Assembly: GCA_041640055.1 (NCBI GenBank)
Contig: JBEQAZ010000001.1
Location: 6,931-70,930 of the forward strand
From: Candidatus Nanohaloarchaea archaeon
Lineage (GTDB): Archaea; Nanohalarchaeota; Nanosalinia; Nanosalinales; Nanosalinaceae
Direction of reading: 5' to 3'
Length of the DNA: 64,000 nucleotides
Below are positions 27,722 through 36,788 of the stretch, piece after piece. Position 1 is the first letter of the stretch. Every line of letters begins with the position of its first letter. The notes beneath the pieces were generated by a model, which saw only the letters and a program-made list of their open reading frames with translations, was not told where the DNA came from and did not search any database. Position numbers and translations under genes: made by a program.

Positions 27722-29143
27722 CTAATCAACAGAAATCCATCCTATTTCCCAGATATGTGCAACTGTGCGGCCATCACTTTTCCAGTCATACTTACGGGTC
27801 ACACACTCGTATTCACCAGTATAGTAGTCTACTACTTTTTCTTCATTTGCGTCCTGTAAATTATTACAGGAGTGGCTTGTACCATAGAGGTTACCATGTT
27901 CAAGAATATCCGGCCCTCCTTCGTGCTGATTTTTGAGACAAGCAGTTTTGTTGCCCTGAACCTTGACTTTAGTAAATGTCCGAGTTTCAAAACCTCTGTA
28001 CTCTCCAACTACCTTGTTATTCTTGCCCCAAACCGCTTCTCCGTTGTTCCATATTGTGTTTGCATTAGTTTGGACATATCCCGTTGAGTTTTCACAAACT
28101 GCATAAAATACCTCTTTTCTTGGGAAGTCACCTTCTCCTGCATCATTTCCCTCCGCACTTCCCGCAGGATAATCATCTGCAGGGACGATATTATCGAGAT
28201 TTGCAGTACTTAACGCAGGAGCATCTATTATTGCGTCGCTTTCAGCACTGCTATGCTCTACAAATGCAGGATCGTTACCGTTCACACCATAGTTTCTGCC
28301 TTCAGGAGTCCCGCTGTCCGGCCATGGAAGCCAGTCCATATATTCTCCTCCTTCAAAAAAGTGAGGTCCTACATATTCCTCATTATCTGCAGGACAGTTA
28401 CCTACATAGTTGAGGAACTGTGGACCCCAAACTCGGCCGTCATATTTTCCAGGAAAGATGGTTACTTCCGAATCAAATGTTATTCTCCCATATCTCCCCT
28501 CCATATCATTTCCTCTGTTAGATAACCAGCTAGGTTCAAGTTTACATGTAGCTATATTCCATAGATCTTCTAAACCTCCTACAAATGTATTAATAGCGAA
28601 TTCATATCCTGCTCGGAGCAGATTACCTTTTCTCAAGTGCTTAATTCTTTTATCAACCAGATGATGGCTTATAGCGTTCCCCGTACCCACACATGTCGGC
28701 ACATAGTTTGACCTTTCCAGATAGTTGAATAAGCTGTACTCTTCGCCATTAGGTCTTCCGGGTATTACATATTCGATTTTAGTAGGGCTGTTTTGACCAA
28801 TCTTTCCTGGTATCCCCGACCCCGACTTGTAGTTTGACAGTTTGTTTCCTTCCTGACCTTGAGCGTGTATCCAGTAAAGGAGTCGACAGTTAACGGCCGA
28901 GATTTGACTATATATTACAACTCCTCGAAACTGTTCTCTGGCGATATCACGATCCACTGTACCTTCACCGCCAGGAGCCTGACCTATTACAATATTTCTA
29001 GCCTCCTTGTTTATGTCTTGACGTGCGTTTTCATGCCAGAGATCGAGTTCATTTGTTCGAAGCTGTTCTAGACCTGTAAGTATTATGGCTCCGAACATCA
29101 GCGGTAGAAGTACTATAACTACTAGTTTCTTTATTGATAGCAT
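27722..29143 (-). CDS. Large secreted or anchored filament-associated protein (paralog 2)
   Basis: 473 aa with N-terminus MLSIKKLVVIVLLPLMFGAIILTGLE. The shared blocks are RGNDMEGRYGRITF and CENSTGYVQTN. Confidence 0.65.
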   Translation of the reverse strand: MLSIKKLVVIVLLPLMFGAIILTGLEQLRTNELDLWHENARQDINKEARNIVIGQAPGGEGTVDRDIAREQFRGVVIYSQISAVNCRLLYWIHAQGQEGNKLSNYKSGSGIPGKIGQNSPTKIEYVIPGRPNGEEYSLFNYLERSNYVPTCVGTGNAISHHLVDKRIKHLRKGNLLRAGYEFAINTFVGGLEDLWNIATCKLEPSWLSNRGNDMEGRYGRITFDSEVTIFPGKYDGRVWGPQFLNYVGNCPADNEEYVGPHFFEGGEYMDWLPWPDSGTPEGRNYGVNGNDPAFVEHSSAESDAIIDAPALSTANLDNIVPADDYPAGSAEGNDAGEGDFPRKEVFYAVCENSTGYVQTNANTIWNNGEAVWGKNNKVVGEYRGFETRTFTKVKVQGNKTACLKNQHEGGPDILEHGNLYGTSHSCNNLQDANEEKVVDYYTGEYECVTRKYDWKSDGRTVAHIWEIGWISVD

Positions 29144-29144
29144 G

Positions 29145-29360
29145 TTAACAGAGTTCTAAGCGGCCTCCCGTCATATCTGCAATAACTGATGCCAGATTGG
29201 TACATCCTGAGGCGGCTTCTCCTGATTTTTGGATCGCTGAAACAGTCATAGTTCCCAGAATTAGAAGTAGTAGTAGAGCTATGATTACTCCTATGATGAA
29301 AGGTATTGCCTGTACCCCTTTCCTGTGTGCTTTAACTTTCAGGGAAGGGTCGATTTCCAT
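29145..29360 (-). CDS. Pilin-like protein (class III signal), first gene after the platform protein
   Basis: The N-terminus is MEIDPSLKVKAHRKG|VQAIPFIIGVIIALLLLLILG. At 71 aa it is minimal, which makes it a candidate major subunit. Confidence 0.6.
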   Translation of the reverse strand: MEIDPSLKVKAHRKGVQAIPFIIGVIIALLLLLILGTMTVSAIQKSGEAASGCTNLASVIADMTGGRLELC

Positions 29361-29435
29361 ACTGTCATAAACGCGGCGATTAGTATTAAAGCTAATGCCA
29401 GCCCTATCATCGCATTTATTCCAAGTTCTGCTTTT

Positions 29436-31616
29436 CTAGACTGCACCCATCTCACCTACCATTCCGCCGAACATCAGTGCCACTATCAGTACAGTCATAG
29501 TGTAGAACATGAGTCCGGCGATCATGACTTTTCCGATAAACATGTTTCTGTAGGTCTCGTTCTCTCCCTTTGTGATCTTCATGTAGAAGGTTCCAAGCAA
29601 GTAGAGAAGCTGGATCAGGTAGATTCCAACAACAAGTTGCAGAAGTTCCGGCGGGATAGCTTCATCCAGATTTCCGAGGATCCCTCCGAAGCTAGATACA
29701 CCTCCGCCTCCTGGAGCTCCAGCAGGGCCTCCAGATCCTATGCCAGCATTTGCTTCCTGGAAAGATGTTGATAGTCCAAACATAGAGGTGATGATTGTCT
29801 GGCTCATTCCTACTGCCACTCCTGATACAACAGGAGCTAGCATGTATGCAAGCATCTGGATAGTGGTTGTAGTATCTTCCATCAGGTCATTCAGTTTTTC
29901 CTGTGTTTCATGGATATTCTCCAGATATCTTGATATTGTAAGCATCGCCTGAGAGGCCATCTTGTTTCCTTTCTCCGATGAACGGATTATAGCCCGCATT
30001 ACTGTCGATATTAGTTGGCTTGGGAATTCATGTACCGCCCCATACTGATCATCAAACAGAGATTCCTCGAAAGTCATACCCATTCTATGAATATTTGTTG
30101 AGGCCGAGTTGAACAACTGAGAGATTTCCATATCTGATGTTGCCTCGGCTGCATCCTCCAGTGCGACTTCTATAGGCGTTCCCCCCGATATCTTGTTTCC
30201 TAGCTGGAAGAGTGCTGTCGGGAACTGCTTTTCGATGCTGTGAATCTCTTCTTCAGCTGCCTTACGCTCCATATTCCCGAGTACTTTAGAAACTCCTATT
30301 CCTAGGCCCAGACCCAGTGTTATTGAAACACTTCTGAGCAACATCGGTAAAGGTGCCAGAGAACCGCCTGATGTGAAAATTCCTGGCACTGCCGCAGGAT
30401 CAATATCTGAAACCGGGTAGAATGCCGGGAACGCCAGATATCCTAGGAATCCGTAGGCTGATACAACCAAGAATATTGCTGCTCCGATCATCCATGTAGG
30501 TATCTCCAGTTCCGAATCGATGAGTTCTATTCTGTAGATACCACGGTCTGGAAGCCTATCTTCATCAGTTGAAGAGCTGGATGAAACGGTTGGCGGACGG
30601 GAGCTAAGCACTCTCTGCATGAATACATAGAGAGTGGAAGGAAGCATGATGTTGAACAGTATAATCAAGTGTAGAGGAGTAATTGCGTCTCCCATGAAGA
30701 CTGAGATGAGCGGAAGCATGATCATCGCAAGTACCGGAAGCATAGCTCCTAAAGCGTTCAGTATCATTACCGGCGTCTTCAGCCCCTGAGCATAGTGCTT
30801 CATCTCTTCTCTGGTCCCATCAAGAATTGTATCGATAGCGTCCTGAAGCATATCGTTTCTTCTCTCGGCGTTAGGCTCGTTCATCGAACCTTTGATCAGG
30901 TTCAGAGACTGGAGGAAGTCGTCATTGTAGTCCTTCCACTTCTTGGTGTAATTCTCTAGCGATGTCTCAACATTCGCGTATTCTCCGACCTCTACATTCC
31001 AGAGAACCTCCTTCAAGTCATCGGAAATCGGCCCATCTAGATTGAGAGCCGCGAAACGTAGAGCCCCCTCTAGATTCGGACTTGAACGCATGTATACCAC
31101 CATGTAGAGTATTGCAAGAATCATCTCTCCGCTGCTCCGGATCACCTTGTTCTGCGCCTCAAACTTCGGTTTATAGAAAATGAAAACTGCCACGCCAAAG
31201 GGTACGATAGCAGAGATAGCCATCAGCGAAACCGGGATAATCGCTCCTAGAAGCATGTTTACCGCGAAAAGGAACATCCATGTAAGGAATCCTATTATAG
31301 CTGCTCCTACAGTTCCTGAGAGAACCTGGCCAGGCGTTATCTGCCATCCAAGAAGCTTTATAGCGGGATTCAGTTTGTTAATTGTGCTTTCGTCGGCTTC
31401 AAGATTAAGGTAGCCTGCCATCCGATGGCAGAACTTTTCATACTTGGAAATTTGGCGTGCATGCTCTTCCTCTTCTTTGAATTCTTTGTATCTTTTCGAG
31501 TACAGGCTGTGACGGTTGTTGTCATAAGGCGGGAGCTGGAGATCCTTGTCGATGTCATTAAGAATATTCTTTATGTCTTCTTTTTCATCTTCTCCAAGTC
31601 CACCTTCATCTCTCAA
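29436..31616 (-). CDS. FlaJ/TadC/PilC-like polytopic membrane platform protein (type II secretion system F-like)
   Basis: 726 aa. Soluble helical domains alternate with clusters of transmembrane helices. It lies immediately downstream (6 nt) of the secretion ATPase, which is the canonical pairing. Confidence 0.75.
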   Translation of the reverse strand: MRDEGGLGEDEKEDIKNILNDIDKDLQLPPYDNNRHSLYSKRYKEFKEEEEHARQISKYEKFCHRMAGYLNLEADESTINKLNPAIKLLGWQITPGQVLSGTVGAAIIGFLTWMFLFAVNMLLGAIIPVSLMAISAIVPFGVAVFIFYKPKFEAQNKVIRSSGEMILAILYMVVYMRSSPNLEGALRFAALNLDGPISDDLKEVLWNVEVGEYANVETSLENYTKKWKDYNDDFLQSLNLIKGSMNEPNAERRNDMLQDAIDTILDGTREEMKHYAQGLKTPVMILNALGAMLPVLAMIMLPLISVFMGDAITPLHLIILFNIMLPSTLYVFMQRVLSSRPPTVSSSSSTDEDRLPDRGIYRIELIDSELEIPTWMIGAAIFLVVSAYGFLGYLAFPAFYPVSDIDPAAVPGIFTSGGSLAPLPMLLRSVSITLGLGLGIGVSKVLGNMERKAAEEEIHSIEKQFPTALFQLGNKISGGTPIEVALEDAAEATSDMEISQLFNSASTNIHRMGMTFEESLFDDQYGAVHEFPSQLISTVMRAIIRSSEKGNKMASQAMLTISRYLENIHETQEKLNDLMEDTTTTIQMLAYMLAPVVSGVAVGMSQTIITSMFGLSTSFQEANAGIGSGGPAGAPGGGGVSSFGGILGNLDEAIPPELLQLVVGIYLIQLLYLLGTFYMKITKGENETYRNMFIGKVMIAGLMFYTMTVLIVALMFGGMVGEMGAV

Positions 31617-31622
31617 TCCTTA

Positions 31623-33887
31623 TTACACCTGTCTTTCCAGCCATTCTTCCCATCTCGCCATTATTCTCTCAGTTTCCTGGCCGCCATACTCTTTTCTTAC
31701 TTCTTCAGCGATTGTATGGTACTTCTGATTTGCCTTTACAACGAACTCTGCCTCCAGAAGTTCGTCGTTACCTGTTTCATCTGCTTTGTCAGCTATCTTC
31801 TGTTTCATATCCTTTCGTAGCTGAATATTATCCCATACTGCTTCCCAGTTGTTCTTCCATTCACGGATATTGGAGGCGATACGGTTCAGAATAAGCGATT
31901 CGCCGTTAAGAAGTGTATCTGTCGGTACAAGTTCATCTTTATTGCTGTCGTAACGCATGAGCTCGACGAAAGCGTTCTCCTCCTGGGGATCATCAGTCCA
32001 CGATTTTCTGACCTCGGTGATGCCTGTTACTCTTCGGTATGTCTCCAGGCCGTCCGGACTTCGGATCTTGTTGACCGATACGATGATATCTGTAGCCTTG
32101 AATGAAGTTTTCGGCACATTCAGGTCGTTGACTACTCGGTCGAATACGGAGTATGCGTCTTCTCCGTGGATCGTTCCTCCAACGAAGTTTGCTACTGCCC
32201 CTACACGCATAGCTTCGTAGAGTGCCTGTGCTTCATCAGATCGTACTTCTCCGATGACAAGCGCTGAGTCTCCTAGTCGTAGTGATGTTCTGATGGCCTC
32301 ATCTGCTCCTAATTCGCTTTCGTTCTGTGTGATGACGGATTGTGATTTCATCCGTTCGATGTTGTATCCGAGGTCTTTCATCTGCGGAATCGGAAGCTCT
32401 AGCGTGTCCTCTACAGTGACTATGCGGTGGTTCTTCATGATTTCGAGCATGGATGCGGATAGTATGGATGTTTTTCCGGCTCCTCGTGTTCCTGCGAATA
32501 GTACGGAGCGGTTTCCGTCGACGATGAATGATAGTAGTGCGGCTCCGAGTGCGTTGATCATACCGTTGTTGACGAATAATGGTAGGGTCCATGCTCGTGA
32601 TCGGTGGCGTCGGAAAGCGAACGCTAATCCTTCGGGCGACAGGCTTTCCTGAATGACTGCTACTCGGGCTCGGCCTCCTTCGACCTCTGTCTCGGTATCC
32701 AGTACTGGGTTGGCTTCGTCTAGCGGGCGGCCTGACTGTATTCTGAACCGGGTTGCCCATGACTCTGCTTCGTCTCTTGTCGGTATCAGGTTGGTTTTAC
32801 ATTCCTCGTAGTCCTGATGGCTGATGTACATCGGTGAGTCTCCAATCGGGGAGTTGATGTAGACATCCTGTACTTTCGGATCTGAAAGCAGGAGTTCCAG
32901 TACTCCGAGTCCGGAGGTGTACCTGTTTAGTATGCTGGTTAGTTCTTCCAATTCTTCCATATCCAGGTTCATGTCCATTTGTGCGGCGATATCTCTTAGC
33001 ATGTCTTTTCCGATGTTCTCGAATACATCCCTCATTCTTTCCGGCTCCGCGAACTCTCCTGACTCTGGTTTATGTGATGCCATGTAGCGTCGTGCTGCGT
33101 CAAGTAGCTTGTATTTCTCTTCTGAAAGGTTGAATTCCGGCGGGTCGATGTGGTATACTGGTCGGGTTTTTCCTGGTACGCGGTAGATGGTTACTTCTAC
33201 ATCGTTACGGGCTTCGTACCGGTCGATCTCCTCTCCTTTTTCGGGAGGGAGGCTCATGAACTTCGTAAGCATGAAGTTCGGCCGAACCAATGGGTGGAAG
33301 AACTCTCTGTATACATCCCTGTCCCCTACATGGAAGCCTGTAATGTACTCTTGTGCCTGATCGATTATCTGGCATTCTTCTATTCTTTCTCTTATCGGTT
33401 TGAGGACATCCTGTACGAAGTATTTGTTGCATCTCTTCTGCTGTGGGTAACCTTCCTTCATTTTCTGTTTCATGTGGCGCTCTTTTCTCTTTATCTTAAC
33501 ATATGCGCCGACCGGGTCTCTTCTAAGCCGGTCTAGAACTATTTTCTGTACTTCCGGTAGTTCTTCTGAGTAGAGTTCCTGGCATTTATTTCTGTCGATG
33601 TCCTGTGAGAGGTATCCTTGGTTTGCGATGTCTTCAATCGCTGTCGATATTTCTTTAAGTAGTTCTATCTGTTCTTCGGTGTATTCGTAGTCTCTGGATT
33701 CTGATAGTACTACAGAGCTTGCTCCAGGTACTTCTTCCAGTATATCTACTACTCTACCCATTACTTCGGGGTAGTCCTCTATTGAGGCTCCGTAGACTGA
33801 TCCCAGAGTGTTTACTTCTATTGTGCCGGATTCCTCGTCGTATTCGTAGTCGAAAATGTCTTTGTCTGAAGGGGGCATACCAAGCAT
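31623..33887 (-). CDS. Type II/IV secretion-family ATPase (FlaI/PilB/VirB11-like) with a long N-terminal extension
   Basis: It has Walker A FAGTRGAGKTS, the Asp-box region IVTVEDTLELPIP, Walker B-like ALVIGEVR and the His-box region GGTIHGE. At 754 aa it is far longer than the roughly 550 aa typical of FlaI. Confidence 0.9.
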   Translation of the reverse strand: MLGMPPSDKDIFDYEYDEESGTIEVNTLGSVYGASIEDYPEVMGRVVDILEEVPGASSVVLSESRDYEYTEEQIELLKEISTAIEDIANQGYLSQDIDRNKCQELYSEELPEVQKIVLDRLRRDPVGAYVKIKRKERHMKQKMKEGYPQQKRCNKYFVQDVLKPIRERIEECQIIDQAQEYITGFHVGDRDVYREFFHPLVRPNFMLTKFMSLPPEKGEEIDRYEARNDVEVTIYRVPGKTRPVYHIDPPEFNLSEEKYKLLDAARRYMASHKPESGEFAEPERMRDVFENIGKDMLRDIAAQMDMNLDMEELEELTSILNRYTSGLGVLELLLSDPKVQDVYINSPIGDSPMYISHQDYEECKTNLIPTRDEAESWATRFRIQSGRPLDEANPVLDTETEVEGGRARVAVIQESLSPEGLAFAFRRHRSRAWTLPLFVNNGMINALGAALLSFIVDGNRSVLFAGTRGAGKTSILSASMLEIMKNHRIVTVEDTLELPIPQMKDLGYNIERMKSQSVITQNESELGADEAIRTSLRLGDSALVIGEVRSDEAQALYEAMRVGAVANFVGGTIHGEDAYSVFDRVVNDLNVPKTSFKATDIIVSVNKIRSPDGLETYRRVTGITEVRKSWTDDPQEENAFVELMRYDSNKDELVPTDTLLNGESLILNRIASNIREWKNNWEAVWDNIQLRKDMKQKIADKADETGNDELLEAEFVVKANQKYHTIAEEVRKEYGGQETERIMARWEEWLERQV

Positions 33888-33920
33888 TATTATTCGGGGT
33901 TTCCTAAATTAAAAGATACG

Positions 33921-34331
33921 ATGCCAGATCAAGACCTGATCAACCAGATTATTAACCGGGTGAACGATTTCAACCGGCGGATGAGAGATTTAGAGGAGAA
34001 AATCCGGAACTTGACTGCCCGAGTTAATACTCTTGACGATACGATTATGAACAAGACCAAGACCCTGAATAATGACTTACAGGAACTTGATGACGAAATA
34101 GGAGATCTCAGGGACCGTATCGCAAATCTAGAGGTCGATGTAAAAGAAATCAACCGTGAAAAGCGTAAGTATGTAAGCCAGCAGGAACTTGAGGAGATGG
34201 AAAACTACATGGACTTGATGAATCCTGTGAATTCTAATTTCACGACTGAGAAGCAGGTTGATCAGAAGATCGATAACAATTCTCTAAGTGAAGAGGAAGT
34301 TGAGAAACTGATCGAGCAGAAGATGAATTAA
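33921..34331 (+). CDS. Coiled-coil protein
   Basis: 136 aa with heptad repeats (RMRDLEEKIRNLTARVNTLDD...). It is divergent from the ATPase across a 33-nt spacer. Confidence 0.55.
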   Translation: MPDQDLINQIINRVNDFNRRMRDLEEKIRNLTARVNTLDDTIMNKTKTLNNDLQELDDEIGDLRDRIANLEVDVKEINREKRKYVSQQELEEMENYMDLMNPVNSNFTTEKQVDQKIDNNSLSEEEVEKLIEQKMN

Positions 34332-34390
34332 AGTGTGTATGATTTAATAACGGGCGAAACCAAAATGTTTTCCAGAGGTAATCCTGATAA

Positions 34391-35314
34391 ATGAAATTTG
34401 AACTTTTTGGACGCCTCGGCGACGACAACGAGACCGAAGATCAGCAAGCAGAGGATTCAGGAGGATTCAATGCCGGATACGATGACCAAGGAGGCGACTT
34501 CCAGACAGGTGGAGACCTAGATAGAACAGTTCAGAACCTATTTGATCAGGGTTACTCAGAAGACGAAATCAAGAATGAACTGCAGGGTCAGTACTCTGCG
34601 ACAGAAGTTTCTCAGGCAATTAATCGCGTCGTAACTTCTAACGCCACAGGAAATGGTAATAGTGGCGGCGGAGGCGGAAACAGTGACGGACCCGAACCTA
34701 TGACACCTTACCAAGGAGATGAAGACGCAGTCAGTCCTATGGACGAAGGTTATGACGGAGATGACCAGAATAGTGGTGGAGGCGGAAACGGTATGGAAAA
34801 CAATATGAACCAGAACAACAATCAGAATACTATGATGCAAGGGCAGCAAAACCAGCAGTCTCAACAGCAGCAACAGCAACCTCTGCAGTCAGGGGGTCAG
34901 AGCCAGAAAGGAAGTGCTAACTCTGGTAATGTAGATCCTGCTGTCGAGGAACTTATCGAAACTATAATCGCAGAGAACTTCGAGAAGGTTGAAGCAGAGT
35001 TCCATAATGTATATGAAGAACTTGATACCTTCGCAGATGAAATCGAGGATCTGAAACAGAGAGTGCACGATCTTGAGGTCAGAGATGATGAAGATCAGCA
35101 GCAGTTCGTTCAGAAGATCGACGAGGTAGAAGAACATATCGATGAGTACGAGTCCCGTATCGGAGGACTTGAGAAAGCCTTCCAGCAGGTACTTCCATCA
35201 CTCGTTGACAATGTAAGAGAGCTTACAGACCTAGTCCAAGACTTAAAGGATGAAGGAGATGTAAGTGAGGGAGACTTCGAGGACATGGATATGGAAGGTC
35301 TTAAGAAAGAGTAA
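34391..35314 (+). CDS. Low-complexity (G/N/Q-rich) plus acidic coiled-coil protein
   Basis: 307 aa. The central stretch NGMENNMNQNNNQNTMMQGQQNQQSQQQQQQPLQSGGQSQ is followed by a coiled-coil C-terminus. Confidence 0.55.
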   Translation: MKFELFGRLGDDNETEDQQAEDSGGFNAGYDDQGGDFQTGGDLDRTVQNLFDQGYSEDEIKNELQGQYSATEVSQAINRVVTSNATGNGNSGGGGGNSDGPEPMTPYQGDEDAVSPMDEGYDGDDQNSGGGGNGMENNMNQNNNQNTMMQGQQNQQSQQQQQQPLQSGGQSQKGSANSGNVDPAVEELIETIIAENFEKVEAEFHNVYEELDTFADEIEDLKQRVHDLEVRDDEDQQQFVQKIDEVEEHIDEYESRIGGLEKAFQQVLPSLVDNVRELTDLVQDLKDEGDVSEGDFEDMDMEGLKKE

Positions 35315-35390
35315 ACTCCTATCCACTAAACTCTTTTTTCTTCTAATAGCTTAGTTTGGATTGAACAAGGAAAGAATTTATCCGAGTTAC

Positions 35391-35903
35391 TTATTCCGAA
35401 CTTCCTGCTGTCAGAGCCACGAGTGCTACTATCATCAGCAGGATGAGTATCGGCATGACTATTTCCTCGAATACCTTGTTCCAGTTCTCTATATCCGGGA
35501 TTATGTTAGGTATTCCGAAGAAGTTTGCAATTATAGCAAGTAGTGCTACTACAAATATCCCTGCACCAAGGAGGAGTGGTAGGGATCTATCATTATCCTG
35601 AAGGTTCTCTAGGTCATATCCTGCTACTCCGAGCACAATCATCAAGCCGATAACCGCAAATATGCCGAAGGTGGCCGCTGCAACTACATTAGTTAGAAGG
35701 CCTGCCGGGATGAACATGTAGGCTCCTCCTCCAGCCATGAAAGCTATAGCAAGAGATATCGAGCCATTGACAAACTCATCTTCGCTTATGAACTGGTACT
35801 TCTCTAGTACGCCGTAGCTTACTGCTAGCACGAGCAGCCATGGGAAGAAGAACCTGAATATCTGCATTTCTGCCATGGTCTGGATTATCTGTTCAAAAAC
35901 CAT
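35391..35903 (-). CDS. Polytopic membrane protein (paralog of 35910..36521)
   Basis: 170 aa. IQTMAEMQIFRFFFPWLLVLAVSYGVLEKY parallels LEIMAENGFFSGLLPFVVAYVLFFLTLKRI of the upstream gene. Confidence 0.55.
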   Translation of the reverse strand: MVFEQIIQTMAEMQIFRFFFPWLLVLAVSYGVLEKYQFISEDEFVNGSISLAIAFMAGGGAYMFIPAGLLTNVVAAATFGIFAVIGLMIVLGVAGYDLENLQDNDRSLPLLLGAGIFVVALLAIIANFFGIPNIIPDIENWNKVFEEIVMPILILLMIVALVALTAGSSE

Positions 35904-35909
35904 GGTCTT

Positions 35910-36521
35910 CTATCCTCCTCCAGAACCGCCGGCTAGTTCATCGAACAGTTTTCCAGGGGAGAAGCTGCTGCTCGAGCTGCTGTCTGAGAGTGTCCAGTAA
36001 ATCAGTCCTGCTACTACCAGTATCCATATCAGCCCCGAGTCAACTGTGAAGTTGATGAACTGTTCCAAGCCCTCACTGTTGATATTATCAGGTATGAAAA
36101 TCTTTCCTCCTCCTGTTACAAAGAAGGCCAGTACTACGATACCAGTCAGTATCAATCCGTAGATACCTTTTGCATCATCGTTACTCGTGCCTATATCCAG
36201 TCCGATGAATGCTAGTACTACTAGTAATCCGAGTAGTCCTATTACTGATACCGCTATTGCTCCGAGGTAGTCTACGAAGAATGTCTGGTAGGCCGGGTTC
36301 CTTACTAGGAACTGTGCTACGAAGAATGCGAATACTACTGAAAGTGTCGCTGCGAACTTGTTGTCTCCGTCCTCTTCCTCAAATAAAGGTATTCGTTTGA
36401 GTGTGAGGAAGAAGAGTACATAGGCCACTACGAAGGGCAGGAGCCCTGAGAAGAATCCGTTCTCCGCCATTATTTCTAGGAGGTTGTTGAACCCTCCTGC
36501 ACCTGCGTCGTGGCTGCTCAC
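35910..36521 (-). CDS. Polytopic membrane protein with a Ser/Gly-rich C-terminal tail
   Basis: 203 aa, ending ...SDSSSSSSFSPGKLFDELAGGSGGG. There is a 6-nt gap on either side. Confidence 0.55.
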   Translation of the reverse strand: MSSHDAGAGGFNNLLEIMAENGFFSGLLPFVVAYVLFFLTLKRIPLFEEEDGDNKFAATLSVVFAFFVAQFLVRNPAYQTFFVDYLGAIAVSVIGLLGLLVVLAFIGLDIGTSNDDAKGIYGLILTGIVVLAFFVTGGGKIFIPDNINSEGLEQFINFTVDSGLIWILVVAGLIYWTLSDSSSSSSFSPGKLFDELAGGSGGG

Positions 36522-36527
36522 TTTCTA

Positions 36528-36785
36528 TTATTCACCTTGTTGATCTAGGTAGTGGCTTACTTTTCTGTTTAGTAGCCATAGTTCTCTACCTATGATCATT
36601 AGCCCAAGCATTACGATCCATGGCTGGATGTCTCTTCCGAATGAGACCATGGTTGCTTCTTGTGATGAGTAGAATGCTGTCCATAGAGCTACTGCAATCG
36701 CTCCGAATGACAGGATTACGATTACGAGTTCGTCTAGGATATTTTCTACATTGTATAGATAGTTTCGGAATCTTTTGGAGTCCAT
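36528..36785 (-). CDS. Small 2-helix membrane protein
   Basis: 85-aa hydrophobic ORF within the tightly spaced operon. Confidence 0.5.
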   Translation of the reverse strand: MDSKRFRNYLYNVENILDELVIVILSFGAIAVALWTAFYSSQEATMVSFGRDIQPWIVMLGLMIIGRELWLLNRKVSHYLDQQGE

Positions 36786-36788
36786 AGT

